Source of the DNA: Podarcis gaigeae
Lineage: Eukaryota
Length of the DNA stretch: 64,000 nt
NCBI GenBank assembly: GCA_964106915.2
Contig: OZ066917.1
Strand: one strand, 5' to 3'
Numbering within the stretch: position 1 is the first letter of the stretch; every line of letters starts with the position of its first letter. The position numbers and the translations under genes are program-made. Shown piece by piece: positions 50,227-62,741 of this stretch. Under the pieces are notes generated by a model, which was given only the letters and a program-made list of their open reading frames with translations, did no database searches and was not told where the DNA came from.

Positions 50227-53200
50227 TACATATTCCTCAGCCCTAAGTATTAGTGCATACCAATAACATTGTCAGGCACTCCAGTGCCTTGAAGGTTTTG
50301 TAATGGAAGCAATCTGAACAGTGTAGATCAGCCTTTCCTCACACATGTATACAACTTAATCTGTGCAGACTTCAGACTCTGCAAAAGCCCTTAATCCATC
50401 TGTGCATGTTTGGAAGAATTATTGGAACCATACTCTCCATGCCAGGCCCCAAGTAATCCTAAAATAATCATTTATGTTCAAGAGTGTTCAGGCCCTCCCA
50501 GTTGGCCCTGTAGGTCACGCTTTGGGGACAGATAGATTTACACTGGATAGGCCACAGCCTTTGCCAAAGCTTCTAAATTCTGATACCCAGAGGCCTCTGC
50601 AGTGGTTCATCCTACAAGGCTACTAAGAACTGTGGGATGCTGTAGAGCTGGTCAGCCAAACTGCAGATTCTAGTACAAGCCAATCCCACCCTTGACCCCA
50701 AATACCAAAAACTGCCGCCTGTAGCTTCATACTTCACTGTTTTCTTACACAGCTTTCTTTTCTGTGTAAAAAAAGGGGGTATAAATGGCAAAATAGACAC
50801 ACAAGTTTATCCTGTGTGTTTATACCTTATTGATTTATTTCCTCACTTACAGTTATAAATGAACCTTTCATCCTATCGATCCTTGGGCAAGCAACAATAA
50901 AATGCCTAACTGAACCAAGTAGGCCAGTGCCACATGAAAACATTTTAAAATACTTATCAACACTTACACATCAACTCTAAAAATACATACACACACACAA
51001 CATTGATGTGAAGTTGTCCTTAAAGGGCCAGCAATATCCATGTTACAAGTGTATACTTGCTCTCACATGTATGCAGCCGGAACTCATGTACAGTATTTAT
51101 GTAACAAACGCATGTTGTAACTCCAGCAAAAGGTCCTAAACCTTTCAGCAGTGTGTACATGTAAATACATGAATGCTGGCTGCACACATGAATCCAGGTA
51201 CACATTTGTAACATCCAGTTAACCCACACAAGCAGTAGACTAGGCCACAGCTCATGGAAACATCTCTGGCATAAATATGACTCACAGAAGTGAATGAGGA
51301 TCCCATTCAGTGCAATGAGGTTGTGCAGAAGTGCCCGGCAGTCAGTATCTTGGTAAGTGAAACTGCCCACATACAGCAGTCACCTTCCTAACCAAATCGC
51401 TTAATTAACCGGTGCATCTCCACTTCCAAAGTTCAGTCTTGGAAACATACCAGCATGCTGCAAACACGCTCAGAAGAACTCTACTCACTTACATTAGCAC
51501 CAGGGGAGCAATCTTGCTATGAGTAAGGGGACTAAGCTGCTAACAGCCTGACCAGAGTGGAATCCTTTTTCGTTTGTTTTGTTTTTTGAGGCTCTCTGCA
51601 ACGCTTTACATTCCAGCCCTGAAGCATCAGGCAGCAAAGTTAATAATAAATGTTGCAATTCCGTTTCTCCTTTGTGTAGGAGAAATGTCTGGCAGATCAT
51701 TGCTTTGGCTGGGAAACATTTTTTTAAGCCAGCAGAAGCCTTCTATTCCCAGAGCCTTCTTTAAAGACAAACACACTCACACATAGCCCATAAGAATACA
51801 ATGTGGTAAGTGAACTATTCTTCAATGTCCTCCTCTCAGGGGGTTTTTTTCCTCCCCAAAAAGATGTCCTGCTTTTACACAAAATGGTTTTGGCAACCGG
51901 AACAGGATACACAGTGGCACAAAAATTATTGGGACTTAGGTCTCATCCTTACACCAAAGGCTCAGGCCAAAAAAAAAAAAAAAAAAGATTAATAAAAATA
52001 ACAAAGAAGTATGGCCACGACTGCATGAGTGTAGTCTCTGTCTTAAGAGTCCACCACCAAAGGTCTTCAGTTCCAGGCATCAATGACATTGACAGAGAAA
52101 GGACAGCCAAAGCACAAGAAGGATGTTGTCTGTGCCACAAATCCCTTCTGGCCTATGAATGAGTCAGTCTGCTACCAGGATGCCATCCACTCCAGAAGGA
52201 GCAAAGGGGGCCCTTTCCAAGCACCAAGAAACAAAACACCAAGGCCAGAGAAAGGGCAGTGACTGTCTTTGAGTTTTTGAAGCTGAGGCACCAGCTCCCT
52301 GGGTTGGGTGGAGAGGAATCACTGTATTTGTTATCAGTGTACCGTCTTCTATCCCAAGGTGCCAGGGCTCAGTGGGATCTCCACCAGGACAATACTAGAC
52401 AGCGCAGAAGTCCAGGGTAGCTGCATCATATCTGTCAAGCTCAGATAAATCTAAAGCACAAAAGAAACAATTCAGAGTTCCTCTGTTATGAAGTGAAATT
52501 TGTAGTTGTGGTTCTCACCAACAGAGGCTGGATCTGTACAGATAAAAGAAACGCTACAGAAAGAAAGGTTGTAAGAGCTCTTAGTGGAAAATCCCACTGG
52601 CGACTGATTACTGCTCTACAGGGCCATCTGGTGCCACATGTTTATAACACAGTTATAATGATGTATTTGACTAGTGGAGCTGAGTCCAGAGTTGTAGGGT
52701 TCCTTAATCATCTATTTATTTAGCCAGTTAAAAGTTTTGTGTCAACAGAGTGTAGATGGCCAGCTTGGGGAGGGAAAGAAGCCAGGTCCTAGGTCAGATA
52801 AACTAAACTCTGGGAACACAAATGTAAATCACATTTCAGTTCTGGAGTGGGAATGCTGAACACGGAAGTGGCAGTGGTAAGGGAAGTCCTCTTCTACCAG
52901 CATCTAGCCATGACATTTCACTGGCTTTCAACTGGTAAATAACAATAGGGCATTAACAAGCACACTCCCAAGGAATGTGTTCCCTATGAACATCAGACAG
53001 TATTAGCATTTAGGCACCCTATTTAAAACCTATCTGTTCACCTAGGCTTTGCCTGAGGTAGGTCTATCCATGCTGATGTATGAAGCTAATCTATTGATTT
53101 GTAATGAATTCTGTGCTTGCTTTATGAATGTAGTTTTATTGTTGATTCAACGTTGATCACTGCCATGACATTTTTTCCTCATGCTGAAAGAGTCCCATAT

Positions 53201-53987
53201 ATATATATGGCAAGGCTAGCAGGATAAACACAAACGCTACTGGATCAGGTGATGACATCACACCGTGAGACAGCTCATGAGGAAACCACAGCAAGTGATA
53301 ATTAATTAATGGAAAACATTTCAAGACAGATGGGTAGGAAACTGAACTTTTGCCAGAGTCTAAAATTAGTATTCATCTAGGAAAAAAAGCTTTTGGTTTA
53401 TCTGCTCGTGAATGCCTGTTGGTGAATGTTTCCAAAACTTAGTTCCCAGACCTTAGCAACACCAGCCTGAACTGTTAAGATTTCTCTAACACAGAAAGGA
53501 CAGCTAATGAGCAGTACAGACCTTGAAGACCTTAAGAAAGACTGGAGACTGAGCAACAATACACTGTGGCATGTGCTGCTGATTGGTATGAAGCACAGAG
53601 AAAGGCAAAATAATTTTTGGGATGAAGTAAGGCAGTTTCTGTGACAAAAAACCCCCAAACCTCTCAAGAACTGTTGGGTCAGGGCCTGACTTTTACTTCC
53701 TAGGCAGCTAAGACCACTAATAATAACAAGGGCACACCCAGACCTTAGTTGGTGGCTTTGCTTCATTTAATTTTATTTGGATCCCAACTGTCTGTGCAGT
53801 TGATAGGGCATGCAAATATTTTTTGTCTCATATCATCCCCACGGAGTTTGGTAGTGCAAGCTGACAGTGACTTGCTCAGGATCATAGAGCAAGTATTTTT
53901 AAACTATGGTTAAAGTCTAAAATTCTAATCACTGCATTACACTAGTTCTTTGCATACAACCACCAGCTGATGTGTACTTTCTCCCTG

Positions 53988-54172
53988 TTGCTCAGTGGGA
54001 TGTTGTGCAGAGCCTCTGCCTTGCATACATCAGGTCCTGGTTTAATCTCCAAGAACAGATGAGAAAAAGACTCCTGTCCAAAATCATGGAAAACCACTGC
54101 CAGTCAGGGTAGAAAATAATGAGCCGGATGGAACAAGGTCCAACTCAATATAAGGTAGTTTCCTATGTGCCT
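53988..54172 (+). mobile_element. Squam2-like SINE
   Basis: gctcagtgg...cactgccagtcagggtaga...actcaatataaggtagtttcctatgtgccta. Confidence 0.6.
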
Positions 54173-57100
54173 ATGGGTGGGTCTATGGCTTGCGCCCTAA
54201 GTTACATTAACTTCTGGAAGCTGATAGCATGATAGTTTCATGTCCCCTAAAACCTTCTGGAGGGAGGATCTCTAGAACAACAGAGTGCAAGGAATAATAT
54301 GGGATGGGGTGAAGGGATTGCCTGGAAGGAAAGGGGAATCACCCCAAATGGGCCATAAGCTAAGTTAACTTAAGAAAGTTCAAAGGAAAGTTTCCCATCA
54401 CTTCCTTCCCTCAGCAGCCCCCAACAATGCACATTCCATGAAGTTTAGGAGGCCCTCCTGGCCCTCCAGAGAGACTGCTCATAGAGGGAAGAAGAGGATT
54501 GCAAACTTTCCTTCCACAAACTTTCTTAAGTTAACTTATTTCAGGATCCAAGCCAAAGAGTCTGTGCACAAATCCTCAAAGGGGGAAAGGAAGTGGGAGC
54601 TGGCCAAAGCTGGTCATTTTCCATCAGGCTCAACAGAAAGGAGTTTTTAACAGGGCACCTTGTCAATTTCACCTCTTCTAATCAGTTCAGCTCCAGAGCC
54701 AGAAGCCAAAATAGAAGGCAGCAATCCAGTACTACACCAGTTTTCTTGGGAGGGAAAGGACTGGAGGACGCTTACCTCTCTGAGGCATAACTCTGTTAGA
54801 GATAACTGAGCAGCCTGGCGCTTCTTGTGAAAATCAATCAAGCCATTTCGGTGTTGAGTGGTGCTCTCAAGGAGCCTGACTGATATAACCCCTTGACATT
54901 TGCCATCCTTTCCCCCTTTCCCTAAGGAAAAAAAAAAGATTTATCACTGGAGTGGGGAGGGGGCATGGATTTGCAGCCAGCAAAGGGATCCAATGGGCTT
55001 CCTCTCCTTCAGGCAAATGACTCTGGCAGCATAATTTGCCGCTGAGGATCATGTAGCCCAGACTTCTCTTTGGTTGCAAATTACCATTGCAGCATTTTTC
55101 ACACAGGATCATGGAGTTTGTATTTCAAGGTGCTGCAAGAGTCACTTCCCAGAAAAAGAAGAGATACATTAGGTCTCTGCTGTTTTTCTGCCATCTAGAG
55201 CCCTCCACTGATCTAATACGCTTTTTGTCGGAATGCAAAACTGCAGTGTCAGTTGTTAAAGCAGGTATCTAGGATCTCCTCCTTTGTTTACATATTGATT
55301 TAATAAAGCAAGGAAAAGCCTTAGCTAACATAAGCATCTTTAGAAGTGTGGGGCAGGGGGGTCTGACAGAAAACAAGGGCTGTTGTTATCTTTACAACTC
55401 ATTGTACATGGTTACATGCCATGTAGTGCTCTAAATAAGCAGACATATGCGACAATTAATGCTCAGAACCACTCAAGCCTGAGAGGTTCCTCCGCATTGG
55501 AAACTGCTCTACCAACAAATGTATTGGCAGCCACATCCATTACCCACAAATCTGCACTGCTCCCACCTGACACCCCTCTCTTGTAGCTGATAGCATACGT
55601 CTGGGCCAGGCAGAAACAAAGCAGAGTAACTGCCTGATTATCAAAGCCCCACTGACCCAGGTTGCTCTGAACTCAGCTGCTGTCTCTGTGAGCAACGATA
55701 AAAGCAGCATAGCCTCCCTTCTCCGACAGCAGGAAGGAGTCTCTCCATCCTTGCTTGGAGGCCGCTTCCAGAGATAACTGGAGGCCTGTCTACCTTCCTC
55801 TCAATGCCAAACAGCCCCTGACAGAGAAGAGGAGGAATTCAGAGCTTAAGACGATAAGATAAATATGCTTAAAATAGTTGTGCCCACAAGATGGGCTTCA
55901 GTGATTCTGCTTTATTAAAAGAGTTACTTTCGGCTCCATGCCCTGCCAGCTCTGGCACTGCCCACCCAGCTGGCATGTGCACCCCCACCAGACATGTGGA
56001 GAAATGTGGCCAATGCATGCCAACAGAAAGAGTCCCCATCCTTGAGCTGAGAACAGAGGTTTCCTTAACTGGAATGCAATGAAGGAAGATATTCTTTTGT
56101 GATGTAATGATGCTCACTAACACAAAGTTGTTCGGATACTGTTATGTGCCTCTGGGCTTTCACTGTCAGCTCTACACAAGTATAAAGCTAGTCAATTACT
56201 AGAACAGTATCAATTGTGGGGACAATAACCCTTTGCAACACACTGCACCTGTAAATTGCAACAGACTTTTCAAGGAGGCCCAGAAATTCGCAGAGCTGCC
56301 CTCATACCATTCATTACACAGAATGTGGGATCAAAGAATGATGTTATGGTTTGAACTCCGTGAATCAGTAGGCAGTAAAAGAGTTAAGCACCCATTCCTC
56401 ATAATCCATCCTTTTCTTTTACCTTTAGCCCAACAGGCACTCTCCAAAGGTTCCCAAACTGCAACTGCATGTACACTTGCTTCTGAGCAAAGTGTGCACA
56501 GGATTGGGCATCATCTTTCTATATAAACCAAATTGCCTCCTCCTGCAATGTTCTTCTAGTTCCAGTATGGTGTAGTAGTTACAATTTAGGACAAGGACTG
56601 AGGAGATCCAAGTTTAAATCTCAATTCATCAAAGAAGGTCACTTCCTCACCTCGGACCAGCCACTCTCTCTGAGCCTAACCTGCCTTACGAGGTTGCTAT
56701 GAGAGTAAAATGGCAGGGGGCTGGGGTGGAAAGATGTATGCTGCCTTCAATTCTTTAAAGGAAAGGCACAAGATAAATATTACAACAGCCACAATGTTGT
56801 CTTCATCCATGGTTAAAAAGAAAAATTGTAAAAAGGAAAAGGAAATGTTACCACACAAAGTATAGCAATAAAGCAAAGGGAGCAAATTAAGTGTGTAGCT
56901 ATGTAAATCTGCACACTTGCCTGGTTTATTTAAAGTGCAGAATTTGGATTTTGCTGGCCGCTCTACGTTTATTTGTCAGCCTCATGTGCTCTTGCCCTTC
57001 CCCCAGCCTAAACTGTGGTTGCGTTTTAGAGGATGATATCCAAGTTGTTTTGTACTATTAGTGAGACTATAAATATAAGAAAGTACACCGATAGGACTAA

Positions 57101-57475
57101 AAATAGCAACTAGAATGACATTAGCTTGCGTAAAGCTAATCAATCCCCATCAATCTCTGGGGCATGCATTAATCTCCTTCTCCTTGGTATAGCATTGCAC
57201 AATTAGGTACATTATGGGAGGTTTAATGCTTTTTCTCTGATGCATCTGACACTGGCCAAGTCTAGAGACTGCTAATTTCTGAAACAGTTAGACCTTGAGG
57301 TCCCTGCACTTTCATTTGCCTGCAGAGGAATTTTGGAACAGCTGCATTTGTAAGATTCAGTGACTCTACATGCTTTGGTGCATCAAGGCTGCCAGATACG
57401 ATGAGGAACCAGTTCCTAAATACACAATAGATGCTTTCCCCTACCTATTGTGATAATTCATGACAAAAAAGTCAG

Positions 57476-57665
57476 TCTGTAGCTCAGTGGTAGAGCATCG
57501 GCTTTGCACGGAAAAAGTTCCAGATTAAATCCAGGCATCTCCAGGAAAGTCTGGGAAGAAACCCTACTTGAAACCTCAGAGAGCTATTTCCAGTCAGCGT
57601 AGACAATTCTGAGCTAAAGGCAACAACTGGTCTGACTCACTACAAACTAGTTTTCTAATGTTCCC
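57476..57665 (+). mobile_element. Squam2-like SINE
   Basis: ctgtagctcagtggtagagcatcggctttgcacg...ccagtcagcgtagacaattctgagct...ggtctgactca. Confidence 0.7.
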
Positions 57666-60600
57666 ATGTCAGTCTTTCTAGCCGAACACAGACCATGAAT
57701 GATGCACTCCATGCAGACAGGCTAACTCAGATAATAAGAAGCAAAATCACTCTTGCATAGTAACATCCACAACCAAAGAGTCTGCAACAACATTATCAAC
57801 ATCTCCTCCACTTTGCAGATGAGCAACCTGATGCAAAGGACACCCCGTGAGCCAAGCTGAGATTTGAACCCCAGATGCCTGACTGCATTCTTCATTCACT
57901 CACCTTCATGACCACTACTACCTTCTCAGCCCAGCCCCGAAAGACAGACTTATGGGAGAGAATGCAGAGCGTCAAGTAAAAATCAGTAACACAGAAGCAC
58001 AGAGGGCAGAAACCTAATTAAAGTTCCTCTTTGGGATCTGCAGGCAGCAGCAACACTGCTACTGCTCATGCCACTTACTCTCAAACCTCTCCTCCCACCC
58101 CCAATTTCTCTGTTTAAATTCATTCAGCAGAGCCAAGTCAGCAAAGATTCACTGCGTTGCGGATCGGTGCCAAGTGCAGTCAGCAGCAGCGGCAGCAGCA
58201 GTGGCGGCAGCATGCACTCCTTTGCTGACACAGCAATGCAGACCCTCTGGGGAGATGAAAACTGCCAGTATCTCTGCAGAAGGATGCATCTGCTCGCTCC
58301 CAGAATCGGAGGGTCTGCAATAGGAGCCAGGGAATCGAAACGGGTCAGGAAGGCTCTGCCAGGGGGCTTGTTCCTATTTTCTCTTTGCCGAGCCATAAAA
58401 AATACATTAATGGCCCAGCAGCCTTGTAAATGATTTATGGTCAGGAGCGTAAATTTTCTCCTCCTCCCTGAAAAAAGGTAGCATGGTGATAAACTGCCTA
58501 ATAAAGGAAAACGACTCAAGGCGCAAACATAATCAATAATAGATCAGGGTGGAGGGGGGGAAGGACCCCCAAGAGGCGTTTGGAAATATAACCCATGGGG
58601 TGTGGGCAAACCGATATGGGGTTACATAGGCTGGAATCGTCTTAAGGTCTGCACATGTGTGCTGGAGTGTAAATAAGGATGACAAAAATGGCAGTCGGAC
58701 AGATGGGTGAAGGGAAGAATCTGCTTTAGCACTGCTATGTATAGTGCTCTGAGAGCCGACACAGAGAGAAGTATCAATCAAACAAATACACTGTTTGGGA
58801 TCTGGGATCTGAACATTTGCTATCAGGATCCCAAAGAGCCTGCAGACTGGGGAAGTAGAAAAGTACTTAGAATTTATTTTTGTTGCCATATAAATAATCA
58901 CCAGAGATAATATTATTAATAATAAATCAGTGTTGTATTCCTCCAGTAATAATCACAATCACAATGACAATAACACCCCCTTCGTGCTTTTCAGATGTTT
59001 AGAAGTATTGCTCAAGGGAAACAAATCAAAATTTGGTGCAGTGGCATGCTGAGTCTCAGAGCCAGGCTCATGGAAGCAGTCTGTGACTTCTGCATGCAAT
59101 TCATTTGCTGCAACCTCAAATGTAATTTGTGGACTATAACATTGGCACTCCTGCTCACAGAGAGTATGACTGAGCCTTAAATTCTGATATTCCCTATGGA
59201 ATTAGTATATTTGCTCCATCTGAACTAATTGTATCCACTCTGCCCTCCACTGAACTTTTGTTTTGTTTTGATGCCCTTTGGCTTTCTTTGGCTCTGATTT
59301 TTCTTGGTGCCAACTCTCTCCTTCTTAGCCCTCACTGTCCTTGCTCCCATTTGCCTCCAGTGCTGCTTTATCTAATTGGCCTCGACAATTTGGTGATTTG
59401 GTCTGTTAGTGAACAGGTTCCTTTGGGAGGAAGGATGACATATAAATTGAATAAATAATAAAATAGTGTACATGATGGCATTATGCAAGATGTCTTGCCA
59501 TCATTAAAGGGGTGTTCACACAGTGCATTCAACAAAGGCACCCCTCTATCTTTGTACTCAATAGCTGCACAATTCATACAGTTAGTCCCATGTAACCTTT
59601 AACAAGTGTAGAGCCTGTGTACACAATAGCTGAGCTGGGCAAATCAACAAGTGCACACTCTTTCACGCAAACACTTGCACACTTATATGAGTTAGTTTGC
59701 GCATGTATTAAGTGTAACATGAGAACAAGCCATATATCATTGATAAAAACATTTGCGTCACCCTGGAAAGGGGAAATTTCTTCTCTACATGGAGCTACGT
59801 TATGTCGTTTTAACTTATGTGTAATAGTGAATGAATCAGACAGTACCTTTGCCGTGAGTAGGAAGATGAAGACTGAATAAAAAAAAACCTTGGAACATGC
59901 TTGAATTAGTGATGTCACCCAACTTCCCATTGACCCAGTTTGAACTACAAGTTCAGCATACCCCTATAAGTACTACAGTAGCCTGAATCAGATCCCACTA
60001 CCCCCAGTTTTCCAGTGGCTTAGACTACAATCCCAAATAAAGTCACTCTCTGGATCATCACCTTGTTGTGGTGAGTGGGTTTGCACGTTCCTGTGATCCT
60101 TGTGAGCAAAGCTGTCAGGAGTCTCATATTCCCAGATGTCACCCAAAAGGGTAAGGTCAAAGGGGCGGAGCTAGACAAAGAATGATCCAAGAAGTCCTCA
60201 ATGGTAGAAAAGGCGGAAGGTAACAAGCAGCATGTTACAATGGCTGTGAAGGCAGATGAAGGCTGCAGTACATAAAAATCTACCGGTCGTTGTGATACTG
60301 GAATAGAGCCTTACTGTAAAGACTGTGCATTGGTCAGCGTGCACTGATCTCGACACATAAATTCATGCACAGCCATCTTCCAAAAAAAGTCTTCCCAGAT
60401 AAAGTGGATTTCATAAAGTGGATGGCAGAAGCAGATTTCGGGTATGGAGTCAGACCCTGTCATACACCTGATAATGGGGGGGGGGGGGAGCCCATTGCTA
60501 GTGCAAATCACTTTTTCTATTCTAGAGGAAGGTTGAGGACTCAAATACAAAGGGCATCTTGTTGTAACCCCTGGGCAGAGGGGCATTTTGAATGCAGAGG

Positions 60601-60995
60601 AATGTTTTAACTTCATTAACCCAAATGTTTATCAGTGCCAAAGACATATCTTCCTATTAAACACCCTTTGCAAATGAATGCAATCAGAGGGATAGAGATT
60701 GTCTGCCAGGAGGACAGAAGTCAACAGCAATTAAACACAAGTAAGTGCCACTTACTGAAACAGTTACTTCACAGCCTCTCTCACTCCCTTCCACCACTTT
60801 CCAATTCATTGTTTTTGCGTGGTAAATGTTATGTAAGAAACGTCCTGCTAAAAACTTGAGTGGAATGTGACGAGTCTCAACACCTGATACATTGCTCACC
60901 AGACAGAAATAAGATATGCATAACCTTATGATTCTATGATATGCTGACTTTGTTACATAAAAAAAATCTAAGTCTGGCCTGAACGAGAAGAACCA

Positions 60996-61151
60996 AAGCT
61001 CAGTGGCACAGCATCTGCTTTGTATGCAGAAGGTCTCAGGTTTAATCCCTGGAATCTCCAGGTAGGGTTGGGAAAGAATCTCACCTGAAACCCTGAAGAG
61101 ATGCTGCCAGTCAGTGGCCTGACTCAGTACCAGGCTGCTTCCTATATTCCT
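60996..61151 (+). mobile_element. Squam2-like SINE
   Basis: agctcagtggcacagcatctgctttgtatgcagaaggtctcaggtttaatccctgg...gctgcttcctatattccta. Confidence 0.7.
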
Positions 61152-62474
61152 AAAGAGTGTGTGTATATTCTAAACTAATTTACACATGGCAACAAACTGC
61201 CAAAGTAAGCACAACTCCACTAGGACTTGCAATTGATTCAGAGATTTTTAGACTGCAGCCCTAGTCACAGTAGGGAGCAAGCAGAACAAACCCTGCAGAA
61301 GACTCAAAGATTAAATTTGGCCAAACTGCTGATTTAAATGGGAGCTAGATTTTAATTTGTGCTGGAAAATGTAGCTGATTTAATAGAGTCAATCATTAAA
61401 AATGGCAGCCCCATTTGCTAATTGATCCTGCGATGCCTCTTTGCACCACAGAAAGAGCAACTGATTTTCTCTAGAAAGCATGGCATGGGAGACCTCTGAC
61501 CCTTTACAGGATGGAAAATGGAACAATACCAAACTGATGGTGAATATTCTAGATCACTTAATGCAGAATAATTATCCTTGGTACCATTAACCATCCTTTC
61601 AATCCTGCTAATATATGTTTACTGTAAAGTGAGGTTTTTAATCTATTTTAGTGACTGTGTCTAGAACTAGGACATGGTGGATTAATTAATGCAGAGTATA
61701 AAAGTGTGGTCTTGTGTGTGGTGTGTGAGCCATTTACTCCTGCATCACAAGGATGCGATAACACAATCCATCATTCATAATAGTAAGAAGAGTGCAATAC
61801 ATAACCCATTCACCTTTGTGCTAGTCACCTTTGTTCCTGTCAGAACAAATGGGGAAGGGGATGTAACTCAGGGGCAGAGGATTTATAGAACTAGCAGCTG
61901 CATGTGCTGTTAAAGATGGGGTGAAAGAAGCCAGTCATTTCCATTCCAAGCAGCCTTTGTCACAATCTGCACTGCTTCTGTTCCGCAGCAGTTTGGTTTC
62001 CGCCCCCCCCCCCCAAATACTGTGCTATTCGTCTCATTGTCCACTATTTAATGTAATTTATGTAAGTTACAAATTCAATTATGTAATTATTTCCACATCG
62101 TTAATTTCAGTGCAAAGCCCAGTCATTTCAATGCAAATGAAACACAATTTAAATTGGCGGGGGGGGGGGGGGGGGTTCATCAATTACTGTTTGCAGACTA
62201 AAAACAGCAGCAGAAGCAGCAAATATTGATTAGTATTTGCTAGATTTATTTCCTTTTGCAGACATGGGACAAATAAGCAAACACTGGCAATTCCAACTTC
62301 TGTTTCCATCTGAATTCTTGCACAATGTTAAGGGGGGCGGGTTAGATGGGTGCATGAACATAACCCGTTGATAAAATTTGCAGATATGTGATATGCTCCA
62401 CAGCTTCCATGGATATTCCAAACATGGGCCAGAAAAGAGGGAAACTCCACAGAATAAATGAACAATATACTAAG

Positions 62475-62575
62475 GGGGCATGCTCTGCACACAGGTTTCA
62501 GGTTCAATCCCCAGATCTCCAAGGAAGGCTGGGAACATCCCATGTCTGAATCCCTGAGGGCTTCTGCCAACTGGT
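62475..62575 (+). mobile_element. Squam2-like SINE fragment; a separate 3' fragment lies at 63273-63342
   Basis: caggttcaatccccagatctccaagg...tgaatccctgagggcttctgcca; at 63273 tagacaatactgagttagatggacc...gctgcttcct. Confidence 0.55.
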
Positions 62576-62683
62576 GCAAACTAGTGATTCTCAAAGGGAG
62601 TGATGTGCCACACTGGTGTGACAGGAGAGGATAGCAAGTGGGATGGGAAGATTCAAGGACAATCAAAGACACATTTAAACATG

Positions 62684-62741
62684 ATGGTATGGTATGTTGT
62701 ATGGTGTGGTGTGGTATGGTAGGGTAGGGTATGGTTTGGTA
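62684..62741. repeat. Degenerate (TGGTA)n pentamer repeat
   Basis: Direct reading. Confidence 0.8.

Noticed and set aside
57476-57545. tRNA-Ala-like sequence (gtagctcagtggtagagc...)
   Set aside because: The B box and acceptor stem are degenerate and it continues into SINE body sequence; it is a SINE head, not a tRNA gene.
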